Below, piece after piece: positions 45,337-58,177 of a stretch of DNA of 64,000 nt; position 1 is the first letter of the stretch; each line of letters opens with the position of its first letter. The stretch covers positions 62,001-126,000 of the forward strand of contig AP026162.1 in the NCBI GenBank assembly GCA_030295235.1. The letters are read 5' to 3'. Origin of the DNA: Fistulifera solaris (Eukaryota). The position numbers and the translations under genes are program-made. The notes under the pieces were generated by a model, which had not been told where the DNA came from, made no database searches, and worked only from the letters and a program-made list of their open reading frames with translations.

Positions 45337-47052
45337 TCAGCGCAGCCGCGAAGACTCCAAACTGTCATCGCCATCATCAACAATCCCCAATTCTCGAACG
45401 ACATATCGTCGCGCTTCTTCGACCAACGCATGGATGTTTTCCCGGCTCAGTTCTCCGTCCGACGCATCTTTTTTGTAAGGCCTCAAGAACTTCTTGAAAG
45501 CATCGTGGGCACTGTTGGCTTGGTGACAGCTCGAATACACTCCAACATAGCGACTGGCCCCAGCGAAGTAGACTTGTGCTTGCTGAAAATAAAATGCGAG
45601 TGAAATGAGGAAGAAGACAAATGATAAAAGAGCCGAACTTTAAAAAAAAGTGCCAAGCTAAAGTCTTCCTGGTTAGTACTCACCCACTTCCCCGACGGTC
45701 GTCGCGTAACGCCTTTGGGTAGGTTCCCTGGATAACTCTCGATCGATTGCGGTGTATCCGGAACTTGCTGATGGCTACTTCTTTTGGTTCGTTTGGGTGA
45801 GGCCATTGATTTCTTGGATTCTCGTCGTGGCGAAGAGGTGCTCGTAGAACGATCTACAACTGGTCTCTTTCGAGTTTTGGCTACAGCATCCTTGTCGTGG
45901 TGCTCGTGCTCATTCTCATCCTGCAGCAATTTATGTTGATGAACCTGCTTTGTTTGAGAGGTAGATGCAGCAGTAGAGGGAACAACGGAAGGCTTTGTTG
46001 TTGTACTTGTTGCATTCGCCGGCTTCAATCTTCGTACTTTCGAAGGTTTTTCCGGAAACGCCATCGAAAAAAGAGGGTTCGAATACAATTCCAAAAGATC
46101 GATTGGAGTTTTGATCGTTGGTTTTGGGAGTTCAATGGTCGCTTGTTTCAATTTGAATATCAGTTTTTGTTTCGGAACGGGTTTGGTGTTCGTGACAGGT
46201 TGTAATGTGGGTGTCGTTTTCCCCGGAAGTGGCGGGACGGAAATGGCGATTGGAGCCCCACTACGTAATGGTTTCTCGGCCTTGTCGGCTTTTCTTCTTC
46301 TTTTTCTTTTCTCCGGAATCGACAATTTGACCTTCGCGCTTCTTTTCTGAGACTCCTTCTTCTGTTGTTCCATCCACCTGTCTGATAGCTTCCTGTGCTC
46401 CGTGTCGCTCTGTTTCCCCCGCTGGTTCATTCGGTTTCTCCATTTCCAACAATGATTGGCTGGTTCCTTTTGTTCGTATCCCCGTCACCAACTCCAGTAT
46501 AATTTTATACAATTCTTCTGTCGCTTGTTTGTGTGGAACTAAATAATACGGCAAGGCCGCTGTTTCAATGGTAGAAGCCGCAGTATTCTTCAAACGATCC
46601 ACTTGCGGCAATGTAAAGACACGAACGTGGGCCAATTGCTGCAACACTTGCGCCACCACTTGTTGTGGTGAAGTTCCCAAATGAAACGAAGTCATAACAA
46701 TTTGTTTGAGTTGTTGATTTCCCGCCCAAAGGGCGTGTCGGTCGCTATGAAAGGGCAATAGTATATCGTGATGTTGAATGCCTGGATCAAAGCGTGTGCG
46801 GTGATCTAAGTGTATGGGCGCACCGGGACGATACAGTCCTTGATGAATGACATTCATGAGAAGAGCGGGATGTAAAACACCGGGATTAGGAGGTGGGGGA
46901 AGGATCAGATCTACGGCGGGAAGAAACGTGTTGTTGGTGTTGTTGTTGGGTAAAGCGATGTTCGTTAGGCGCTGATTGTTATTACTGCTGTTCGTGCTTT
47001 CTTGTGCCTTCAATGCCTCTATTGCGGTATTTTGTATAGTATCTTCGCTCAT
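45337..47052 (-). CDS. AP2/ERF-like domain putative transcription factor; intron 45583-45683; apparent frameshift at 46416-46420
   Basis: Spliced LPKGVTRRPSGKW|QAQVYFAGASRYVGVY...AHDAF; basic NLS-like stretch KRKRRRK. Confidence 0.72.
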
Positions 47053-47450
47053 TGTATTCGCTATTGTTAACTGTTGCGAAAGATGAATAATTGAGTTGCA
47101 TAACAACAATGATGAAGTGTCGTCAACTTTCCCTGTATCGTGTTCTTGCTGCGAAAAAGGGGGAAAATCCTTCCACGTAAACCTTCGTAGCTTTTTCTAC
47201 TTGACGCCTTAATTGCTTGCACTGTAGGTCCGAATGTAGTCTCGCGGGTCAAGGTCAATAATAACCTTAGCCCTAATGGAATCATACTATGCTTTGTGTG
47301 CTCGCGCCGCCGCAAGAAAAAATATAAACCGCAAACATTTTAACAAAAGCAACGGCAACAAACCACCTTTCTATCTCTTCCTATTATCCATCCTTACCGT
47401 GTTTTTTTTTGTTACTTCTTTCTGCTTTACAAAAAACAAACAGAGATATC

Positions 47451-48814
47451 ATGACGACGAAGCAGCGTGTCAGCTATTTCTATCATCCTACTTGTGTACG
47501 TTCTATAAGGATCGTTCGAACAGAGGAATCGTCGTAGACTCTATGAACTGCGTTCTCTCATTAACTGCTTCCCTTTCTACTCACTCACAAATCACACACA
47601 CTATTCACTCACAGCCACTGTTCTATTACGGCCCGTCGCATCCGATGAAACCACATCGCATGAAATTAGCACATCACTTAATACTCACGTACGGATTGTA
47701 CAAGGAAATGGAATGTTACCGCCCGCATCCCGCCAGTGCCGGAGAAATGACACAATTTCATTCCGAAGAATACATTTCATTCTTATCGAAGGTATCTCCT
47801 GACAATCTACGACAATTCACGGCCAGTATGCAGAAATTTAATGCCGGAGATACGACCGATTGCCCCGTCTTTGATGGATTGTATGAATTCACGCAATTGT
47901 ATACAGGCGCGTCGCTCGATGGGGCCGTGCAATTGTGTCAGAATCAGACCGATATTGCCATTAATTGGTCGGGAGGACTGCATCATGCGAAAAAAGCGGA
48001 AGCCAGTGGTTTTTGTTACGTCAATGATATTGTGTTGGCCATTCTCGAATTGCTCAAAGTACATGCGCGTGTCCTGTACATTGACATAGATGTTCATCAC
48101 GGAGATGGGGTAGAAGAAGCGTTCTATACCACCGATCGTGTCATGACTTTGTCGTTGCACAAATATGGTGATTTCTTCCCCGGGACGGGACACATTAGTG
48201 ATGTTGGGGCCAAGAAAGGTACCGGGTACAGTGTCAATGCACCCCTCAACAATGGTATCACCGATGAAGCCTATTTTGAAGAGTTGTTCAAACCTATTAT
48301 GGACAAAATTATGGATGTCTTTCGTCCTGGGGCTATTGTATTGCAGTGTGGAGCCGATTCCCTCGCACAAGATCGGTTGGGTTGTTTCAATTTGACCATC
48401 AAAGGACACGCGGCCTGTGTCGCTTACGTCAAGTCGTTGGGTGTTCCACTTCTGGTCTTGGGAGGCGGAGGATACACGATTCGCAATGTGGCCCGTTGTT
48501 GGGCGTACGAAACGGCCGTTTTGGTGAACAAGCCGGATGTTCCGAATGCGATTCCGTACAATGATTACTACGAGTATTATGCACCCGATTACGAACTACA
48601 TTTAGGACAAGACCCGACGATGGAGAACTTGAATACACCGAAAATGTTAGAGAGCATTCGTGTGGATATTTTACAGCAATTGTCGGATTTGGAGGGAGCA
48701 CCGAGTGTGGGAATGCAACAAGTGCCGCCCTTGTTTCAACGAAGCGAGTCATCGGATTCGGTGAAACGAGACCGTAAACCGCACGCGGCTGAGTTGTATG
48801 ATACGGTTGACTAA
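47451..48814 (+). CDS. Class I (RPD3-type) histone deacetylase; intron 47496-47614
   Basis: [59 protein letters not shown]. Confidence 0.97.
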
Positions 48815-48865
48815 ACAATAAAGAGAGAGATTACTACTAGTAAGGGATATGATTTGAAACAAGTT

Positions 48866-49678
48866 CTATTCTAGTCGGTGATTGGCTTCGCCGCTCGAAC
48901 GAATGGCAGCGTTGTAAATCGACTGCCATTCGGCAAACGAACGACTATTCAAAATTTTGGCATTGTTTCGTCCTATTTGTTCCGTCGCAGCCGGTCCAGC
49001 CAGTTCAATAGCTTGTGCCGAAACGATGGAAATGGTAGGATACGGGCTTCGTTTTTCAAACGCCAAGACGGGTTCGTCTTCCGCAAACATCCATTCGGGA
49101 TGAAATGGCGCCAGTGTAATATGATCGCGTAATATAGGATTGTCATGATCGAAGAAGTCATCCTCCAAGTCGAGGAAGCGATTGTAGAATTCGTCAAAAG
49201 GGGGATTATTGTTGCCATCGTTGAGCAGAATTACAAAGGATATTGCTGTCTGAGGATCTTTCTGGGCTTGATGAAATTCGAGAGCTGCTAATTCCGTTGC
49301 TGCTTCCATATCATCGGCCGACGTATCTGGGAGAACATAAAAGTGAATTGCGTGTTTTGTGTCTGTCGATAGCTTGGCCCAAGGACACAAATTGTATTTT
49401 ACCACAAAGTGACGACACCAATTCCATGTTTCTTGCACTTGTTGCGACAATGATGAGTATGTTGCTGTTTCTATTATTGAATGATCGAGTACCCAATGAT
49501 CATCTTTCCATAAGGAAACATCAAATAGCGGTGGCTTGTCGGTAGCAGAAAGATCCTCCTTGATTGTGGTTGCTCGAGTGATGCGTATTCGTCGCCTTTG
49601 TTGCTGAAAGGATGTCACCCAGCTACGTGTCGCTTCAACGAATGTTGCTAATAGCACAGAAATCAAAAACAGTCTCAT
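48866..49678 (-). CDS. DUF1415-like protein with N-terminal signal
   Basis: FVVKYNLCPWA, LAPFHP, RSPYPTISIV. Confidence 0.75.
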   Translation of the reverse strand: MRLFLISVLLATFVEATRSWVTSFQQQRRRIRITRATTIKEDLSATDKPPLFDVSLWKDDHWVLDHSIIETATYSSLSQQVQETWNWCRHFVVKYNLCPWAKLSTDTKHAIHFYVLPDTSADDMEAATELAALEFHQAQKDPQTAISFVILLNDGNNNPPFDEFYNRFLDLEDDFFDHDNPILRDHITLAPFHPEWMFAEDEPVLAFEKRSPYPTISIVSAQAIELAGPAATEQIGRNNAKILNSRSFAEWQSIYNAAIRSSGEANHRLE

Positions 49679-50276
49679 CGTGCGGGCTCTTCAGTCACTA
49701 TGTGAGAGAGCAAACAACAACACTTGCGTTAAGGTAAAAGAATAACAAATCTACTATGTATATAATGGAAGCAAATGAGAGAATGAATGAAAGAGGACAC
49801 GCGAGAGTTTTTGCAAAAGAAGATGTACCAGTACTTGTACTATAGGTCAAAGTGTAGACGACATTTTGCGTGACTTGGTTTCAGTCATGAACCATCGTTA
49901 TGAATCCTCCCATCTTGCTTGTTTATGGTGCCAATGATAAAATCTATGATACTTGCAATTTTGTTAACACTAAACTGCTGATGCTAGTTGACATCTGCGA
50001 CGCACTTCTCATTGTTGTCGTTGATATTTCTCCCGATTGGTGCAGTTGAAGTGTCCCGGACCAAGTTCTTTCGTTTCGTGACTCAAAGCTGCAACCTAAT
50101 CCTATTGTGAGGTAGCTACATTTGAGTAGTAGAATATTTTGTTTTCTCAGTCCGCAAGCAGCACAGCCTAAGAAACCTGAAGCCAATTGAGTGAGGTGCT
50201 TAAACAGATACTCTGGCTCTATTTACTTAAACGGACCTCTCTAAAGGTTTCTTGGCTAACATGTAGTGTAATGTAG

Positions 50277-51353
50277 TTATAACCATAAGCATTCGATATT
50301 AATGCGAAATGAATTGACAATGGCTTCTGCCGTGTCCCTTTCTATTCCTCCTGCTTCAAACTTGACCGCATTAATCGAAGTCATCATCATGTACACATCT
50401 CCCGTGGGCGTGACTTCGTAGGCATCCACCAAAGCTCGACGCTCTACCCGCAGTCCATTTCCGGTGACAGTATAGTATTTGATTTGAAAGCGCCGCCGTG
50501 TAGCACACATATCATTGGGACACTCCGTCAATACCTTACTTGACGTGACTTTGTATTCATCCACTTCAACACCTTGGCTTTTCACAATGACTCCTTGCGG
50601 ATCAAAGATACTGCTGCCCATGAACTTCTTGTTGATCGTCGCCAATCGTTCTCCGTCGGGCAATTTGGTGCGCAGCACATAGAGACGATCTCCATTGCGC
50701 TGATCGACGTATGTAATACCTCCTAGAAACTTGTCCAATTGCAACCAATCCGACGGAAATTCAAAGGTAATCGACAGGGATCGCTGTTGCAAATTGCTCG
50801 GTGCAACGACTTGATCGTCGTAACGAAACAAATTCCCCAGAGGACCGGTTCGCGTTAAACGTGGTGTCAAGCCGGGTGCCGCACGGTACGCCCAGGAAGC
50901 AATAGTTCCCTGTTCCTCGACATCCAGAGAAGGACGGTTGCTGGCCGCCAACGATGGTTGTGAACTGGTGGTCGATGAGGTAATTTCTTTGAGTTGATTT
51001 GCTCGTGACGCAGCCGAGCCGTCGTACGCTTTCAGTTGCTCCTTCAATGTAGGATTTCCTCCTCCGCCGTCGGTTCGCAATCCAGAGACGTCAATGCCGG
51101 CAGAAGCGGATTGTGCGGTTATGGTGGAAACCAGGAGAGTAACGGCTGTAATAAAATTGCGACGACTGTACAGGTCGGCTTCTTTTCTGTCCTTTGACAT
51201 AAAAAGAGGCTTTCGTTTGTTGTGTAAAGCATGATGTTTGGAGCATGAGGATGGTTGTGAGAATATTGGATGTGAAAAGCCGTGTGCCGACGGTGCGAAG
51301 AACAAAACGGCGAACCCAACAAGGCGCGTCAGTTTAGGGAGTTCGGAAAGCAT
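50277..51353 (-). CDS. Plastid thylakoid-lumen PsbP-like domain protein
   Basis: Signal peptide ending SAHG|F, twin-arginine SRRNF plus hydrophobic stretch and ASA, FEFPSDW, C-terminal IVNSFRI. Confidence 0.6.
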   Translation of the reverse strand: MLSELPKLTRLVGFAVLFFAPSAHGFSHPIFSQPSSCSKHHALHNKRKPLFMSKDRKEADLYSRRNFITAVTLLVSTITAQSASAGIDVSGLRTDGGGGNPTLKEQLKAYDGSAASRANQLKEITSSTTSSQPSLAASNRPSLDVEEQGTIASWAYRAAPGLTPRLTRTGPLGNLFRYDDQVVAPSNLQQRSLSITFEFPSDWLQLDKFLGGITYVDQRNGDRLYVLRTKLPDGERLATINKKFMGSSIFDPQGVIVKSQGVEVDEYKVTSSKVLTECPNDMCATRRRFQIKYYTVTGNGLRVERRALVDAYEVTPTGDVYMMMTSINAVKFEAGGIERDTAEAIVNSFRINIECLWL

Positions 51354-51704
51354 TTGGAAGAAGGTAAAGTGTAACGTATTATCTTGCTTTTTCTTGGTAT
51401 TGCATTGTTGTGTGGTTAATAATGATAGAAAAGGACATGCCGATCGACGATTATCGACTGACGAATAAGTTTTCGCCATCAGCTCATGGGACTGACCGAA
51501 ATTCCAGTCCCGGTAAATCGTCTGGTAGGCGTCCGTACTGAGTTACCGCACCGCCGCGCTGCGTTTTGCTCGCGTTGACCGTTTTTTATTGCTCTGCAAA
51601 ATGCTTTGCACTCCTTCTTGTTAGAAAAAAGAGAACAACCACGAGCGCTTACATTTATATTGACTTCTCTTTACTCTTATTCTTATCAATTAACGAAAGA
51701 TCTT

Positions 51705-54700
51705 ATGTCGTGGCAAGCAAACAACAACAATAACAACAATAGCAATGATGGCTTTCCCGGTGGGTCGACGCGACGATTTCCTGACATTTCCGAAGAGGGT
51801 GAAATTGGAGAAGAAGAAGGAGAAATTGTCGTAAATTCCAACAATCCTCCTCCGCCGCCTCCTCCGGGGAATCCGAATACTCCGAATAGTTTGCATCGCA
51901 GTATCAGTAACGCATCGGCGTCGGGTGCACCGGTACCGCCGTTTGCTCGGAGAGGACGGCGGCCCTCGTGGGGCGGTAATCCAGTAGGGGGAGGTCCTGT
52001 CGGAGGCGGTAGAGGGATTGCTGGAAGAGGAGGAATACCACCGCCGTTTGCGGGACGCGGTAGAGCTATGGGTATTCGACATGGTTCATTCACGGGGTCC
52101 GTTCCTCCGTTAACTCCTCCGCCGCCACAACAAGTTCGTAGTCAATCCTTTGCCGGATTTCAAAGCAGCGCTAGTGCAAGTAATCCAGGAATGATGCAGC
52201 GACGACCGACGGATCCCAGATTTCGAAGCGAGGGTGGAGCGACGGCCGCTTTGGCGCGTTCCGGCAGTTTCTCTCAGCAAGACACCAACGCCTCGGTACT
52301 CACGTCGTCCTACAGTAGTTTAGCAGAACTGGCGAACCCGCATGCGGAAATGCTTTCTCGATCAACATCGACAAGTGCTGTAGCCGAGACGCGGCCGCGG
52401 GAACCGTCGTTCCATGACGAGGCCTTTTCGAGGAGTAATGCTCCTCCGCCACCGGCTGACTCCTACCGTGCTTTGGAGGGAGATGCTCCCGATCGATATG
52501 CGCCTTTGTCAAATTCTCGTCAAGAAGGAAATGCGTTTGCTTCGCGAAACTCTTGGTCCGATGCGCCTCCATTTCGTGAGCAAGAAGGGCCGCACCGGGA
52601 TCTTCCAGCATTTCCTCGTCAGCAGGGAGGGGCACGTTGTGACGTTCCGCCATTCCGTGATCCTCCGTTTCGTGAAGCGTCCTTGCAGGAGTCTTCGTCG
52701 TGGCGAGGAAATGACGGTTCTGCTGATGCGGGCTTTGTCCCGCGTCAAATTCGCGATGGACTTCCTTTGTCTCGGTCTATTTCCGAGCCGGTTGTTGCTC
52801 AGCATGCGGAGACTACCGCCATTGGCAGTAATTTCCCCGTCCTCCTCCTCCACCCCCAGTGCAAGGCGGTGGATATCGTGGCTTCCGGAACGACTTTCGT
52901 GGGGAGCATCCGTCCGACTTTCCTAGACGTTCACCACCGCATCGGGGTCGGCCCATGTTTGCGGGCCGAGGAACTGGTCCTCCGCCCCCGAGCATTTCCC
53001 GAAACAGTTCTTTTGGTGCACCGCCTCCGCCATTACAATCCGCAAACCCGTTCACAGCAAGACGACTGGATCCTCGTTTGCAAAGCGAAAGTTCTCACAA
53101 TGTCGACGCATATCCTCCGCCTATGAGTACAGTCGACGAAGAAGGCGAAGTTCATGGCGATGGCTCAAGCAGCACCTCTCCGTTCCGAAAATCTTCCTTT
53201 TCGTCGAATTCGCAGTTGCCTTCCGAATCCTTTGGACGAAGTGGCGAGCAGCCGTCTCAGAGTTCTACTGCAGGCTCGCCACAACCGAGGAAAGCTGTTG
53301 TACTTACTCTTTTCCAACCTTCGCCGGGCTCGTCTCTTCTACCTCCAGCTCCTGTTATCTTAGAAACAGTTGAAGACGCTCCGTTATTGACTACGGCACT
53401 GGAAAATGATGAGGATGCCGACCGTGCCGAAAAAGTCGTTGGATATGTCAGTGAGCTTTTAAACAATAGTAACCCAAAGTCAAGTGACCCGGGAACCGTC
53501 AGCGAACTACCAAAGAAGCACTTGATCCTTAGAGCAGTCTCTCTGATGGACGGCAAGATGAAGAGTAAGCAAAGCGATGTAGAGTCCAAGGAAACAGAGC
53601 TAGAGTTGCAGCTAAAAACAGACGCAGAGCTTTTTGAAAAAGCACGGAACGAAGCTGCCGCCGAAGCCGAACGGAAAAACATGGAGCAGTTGCAACTTGA
53701 AAAGATACCGACGATACAGAAACTGCTGAGCTCGAAGCTGAACTTGAAATTATTATGAAAGAGCGGAGAGGCGTGTTTGAAAATGAAGTCGCGGTGGAGG
53801 AAATCTTGACAATTACATCGGCAATGGCTGATGACATTCGCGTGAAACGTGAAGAGGAATTGAAACAGCAGATCAAGATAGCTACAGGATCATTTGACAA
53901 GGATATTGAAAGTACTCGTTGTCAGCTTGACGAGCTCCGTGAGGAGCTGGCGAAGACTAAGGCTCAACTCGTCGCCGCTGAGGTTGAACATGAGGAAAAG
54001 TCCAAAGTAGAAGAAGCGAAGCGCAAACCCAAAGACACTCAACAGTCTCGCAACTTGGTAACCAACATCATTGCAGAAAATAAACGTCGTGCAGCAGAAG
54101 CTAATGTGTCTGTTTTCTCGGCGGTTGTTTCTGAGGATGAAAATCAGGTGGACAAATTAGCAATGTATGGAGCGCTTGACGAGGCGAAAGATCCAAAGTT
54201 CGGAAAGACTAGCGCAGAGTGGGCTACGCTGACGCAGCAAGTCGGCGGCTTAGCGGATGCTCTGTACCACGAACCGGAAGAAACTCCGTTTTTTACAAGA
54301 AATCAAGAGACGCACGCCGCAATGGAACCCTTGATAAAAGAGTTTGTTCGGGATACACAAACGCTCCTCACCAAACATTGGACCACGTTGGCCGAGGAAT
54401 ACGAATTTCGCTCCAAGGCTTACAAGAGGACACGTAAAGAAAACGAAAAGAAGGGAAAGCAGCGAAACTCAATGATGGCAAGGACATCGATCATCGCACG
54501 TACCGTGATGCCTATGCTCGAGTCAACTGGTTCTCCTGGAGCAGCCGCAGGTCGTACCTCTACTAATCCATATCGACGTGCCAGAAGAGGAAATGAAGTT
54601 CGATCCGAATATGAACAAGAGCAGATTATTGCTGAGATTGCGGCCAAAGAGGCTATGGAGAAACGGATCGCGTTTGGCGGATGCAAAACGCCGAGGCAAA

Positions 54701-56424
54701 TTGGGGCTGTTGAACGGCAGTTGACAGCTAACTTTTACAATACCTTCACCGCGCAAAAGGTGGATGTCGTGGAGCAAGAAAAGTTGTGCGCTATGGAGAA
54801 TATGTGGACCGACACCGAAAAGTGCATCTTTTTGGACAGATTTCTACAGCATCCGAAAGACTTTCGAAAGATTGCATCCTTTCTACGGAACAAAACCACT
54901 CGTGATTGTATCAAGTTTTATTACGATTCAAAGCAAACGGTTTCCTATAAGGGGGCACTTAAAGAGCATATTATGCGAAGAAAGCGACGAGGAGAGTACC
55001 ACGTGTGGGACGCAACGATTCAGGCAGCTCTATCGGTGGGGGCTGTGGTAAAAGCGGGGACCGACGAAGAAAATCCATTGGTATTCTCGCTTCCTGAAAA
55101 TGATTGCACCTACAATACTCGCGATTTACATCCTCTGAAACGGGAAGTGTTTGACTTGATGGAAGTCAATGAAGAAGAGGCTGCAAAATTTCAAGTTAAG
55201 CAAGACAAAGAAGCAAAGTCAAAGTCTTCCAAGTCAAAGAAGCGCAAAGTACCCGATCTATTTCTACTGGAACCAGAACAGCGCAAGTACCTTCGACCCG
55301 ATACGCCTGAACAATCTGTTGAAGAAAAGCCTATGAAGAAATCGTTGAGCAAGGCGAGTGTTGCTGACTCTTTTCCTGTTTCAATGACCGATGAGCAGCC
55401 GAGTCACGCCCGAAAGTCGACGTCAAAGAAATGGACCGCGGCTGAAAAGAAAATCTTTCTGGAGACAGTCGAGAAAAACGGTAGGAACTGGAAGATTCTA
55501 GAAGATGCAATCGGAAGCAAATCGATTTCACAGATCAAAAACTACTACTACGATTGGAAGAAGGGTGGTAAGGAGAAGCCGGAGAAGAGGGGTTCCAAAA
55601 CCGAGCACGCAATTGATGGGAAAATAGATGCATCGCAGATTGAAGATGGCGACATTGCGAGTCCGATACCAAAGAGAGCGGTATCAGCACAAGCCAGTTC
55701 TCCCCTACCAGACCAGCCATCTGCTGAGAACAGGGAGCATCTCGGTCTTCCGATGCACCTGCAGCAAAATTCTCCGTTTTCGCAGCCCTCTGCCAACATA
55801 CCGTTGAATGCGCACTCACTATCCGGCCTGTCACCAAGCTTTCAAATGCCAGGTGCGCCTGATATTTTAACACAGTTGCGTCAAATGCAACTTGAACGTT
55901 CTAGATCTCGTTCTGGAACGTCTTCTCCTGAATTGACTGCGGATATATGGGCTCAAATTCAGCTGCTACAGTCTCAACAACATCAACTAAGTCGTGAAGA
56001 TGCTTTTCGGGCACTTGTCCAGCAGCAACATCATCAACAGCAACAGCAACAGTTGTCGGGTCTTCTTCCTTTCTTACAACAACAACAGCTTCAGCAGCAC
56101 CCACATGGAGCCTCTATTAACGATTGGAACAACGACCAGCAGTTGCAAAGCTTGATTCTTCAAAATATGAGGGGATTAGGTCTAGGCGGTGGAGGGGGGA
56201 ATGGGGCACTTCATCAACTGGCTTTGGCTGGGCTTTCTGGCTTGCCTGGGGTACCACACGCGCCTCAAGATCCACAGCAAATTGCATTGCAGCATCTCCT
56301 CGCCTTGCAACAGCAAAATCATTCACGACCGGAACCATCGAATACCGATGCCTTAGCGCTTCTTGCAAGAGCTCTTTCGGAAGGAAGGAATAACTTTTCA
56401 GATCCTGGAAACAATAATCCGTAA
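51705..56424 (+). CDS. NCoR/SMRT/Snt1-like double SANT-domain protein; apparent frameshifts at 52835-52838 and 53700-53703
   Basis: VRSEYEQEQII, WTDTEKCIFLDRFLQHPKDFRKIASFLRNKTTRDCIKFYY, second SANT WTAAEKKIF...QIKNYY, Q-rich tail. Confidence 0.82.
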
Positions 56425-56467
56425 TAATACGCAAGAATAATAATCGTAATCTCAGTATTTACTAGAA

Positions 56468-57268
56468 TTAGTTGAGGACTTGGAGTTGGTCGCCAAGGGT
56501 AAGATGAGCCGATTCATCAATGGCCGCATAAATTCCCAGAAAAGGCCCATGCTCGGGAAAGTATTCGGTCAAAAGTTTAGGGACGTCAATGATTGTGGTA
56601 GGATCTTTCGGGTCCACGCTGACACCGTCGCAGCGCACCGTCTTGCTCAGCACAGTGAGACGCAGTTGATTATTGTTCGACACGAGTGTCTTTCCAACCC
56701 ATGAAAATTCAGCTCACGCTGGTGCATTTTGAATGACAATGTTCGGACGAAAGCGTGAAGCATTCAAACGCATCCCCGTTTTCTTTGCAACATCATCTAC
56801 GGTGGCTTGATTGACAATGTGTACGACGCGGCTATCATTACGATTTTTGATTCCAGAACTCGTGTTACCGAAATGAAATGTTTCTGACTGAATGCATTTG
56901 ACTTTCTCACCGGATAAATTGCTCATGTAGAATGCTAATTGTTCGCGTCCTTGCTCGGTCGTAAGGTCGACGGGGCCTAAAACACATTCTTGGGTCTCCC
57001 GAGATCTTAATTCTAACATTCCATTTTGATAGGAAGAATGTAAAGAAGCCAAGAGTCGAGGCTGAGTAAAAGCGCAGAGAAAGTTGTCTTTATGTAGCCA
57101 TTCTCCTTCGGGCCATTCTCTGGATGCTTTCAAGAGGGCGTATCGTCGATCATCAGGGAAACGGCCTGACGACAAGTCTACGGATGTCAAAGGATCACCC
57201 GACAATCCTTTGACGGCGTAACGATACAGTTCTGTAACTGAGAATGCTTCGTTGGGATATAATATCAT
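56468..57268 (-). CDS. MOSC domain protein with an in-frame TGA at 56714-56716
   Basis: LYRYAVKGLSG, DDRRYAL, VHIVN, RFRPNIVI, then in the same frame after TGA: AEFSWVG...VRC...LGIYA. Confidence 0.8.
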
Positions 57269-58177
57269 CTTTCATTTCGTTGATGATGAATAATTATCCA
57301 TAATACGGACCACTTCGTTATTTTTTTTTTAAAAAAAATAATTGTGTATCAGGTATCAGATGCGTCATGGTGGCGGATTTTTTTCTTTACTTTCACTATA
57401 GGCTAAAGTGTTACTTTACGGCAATCACGACTGCATTTCAGTCCGACTGCTATCCATCTTCAATTCGTTCTGCAATCATTCTGCACTAGACCCTATGATC
57501 GATTGAAAACGATGAAACTGCCTGGCACCATCAGCATCATTTGAAACACCGAGCTTCGATTGTCAATGTCGAAATATTGTTTGTGGATCGATCGCGTTCG
57601 AATTCACTATAGGATCAAGTGTTGGTTCACCATAACAAGACTGAAAATCAATCACGAAAAATCTTTCTCGAAGGGGGAGGAGTCCCGAGCTGGTCCTGAG
57701 TCCCGACACGTCACATGAATGCAAGATGCAAGATGAAAGTTCTACAGTTTCTTCGTTTCTTCCCAGTTTTTCTACACTTTATATCTTTTCGAAAACGGCA
57801 TACAGGGTTCTGGGGAGTACTTTCTACCCTATACGCAACGCTTGTCGATCTACGATTCGATAGAAGAAAGTAGAGAGCGTTTCTCGATCCTCTATTTCCA
57901 GAAGACAACGAAAACTCAGAAATCCTTTGGATGCTATCACCTCGACTGTACTCTGGAAGAACAAAGAAGGACAAGGCGGAGAAGCGCACGAGAGATGCGC
58001 TCGTTTGGCTCTCGCTCTCGTCGCGCAACGCAGGCCAAAAAATAATTATTTCTTGCGACACCAGGTACGTTGCCTTCCATTGCCTTATTCCTTGAACTAC
58101 CAAGTAAGTTGTAAACGAAATTCCCTTTCGTCCTCGATGTCGCGGAGGCTCGACTCGATCCAAAGACTTCTTTCGCA

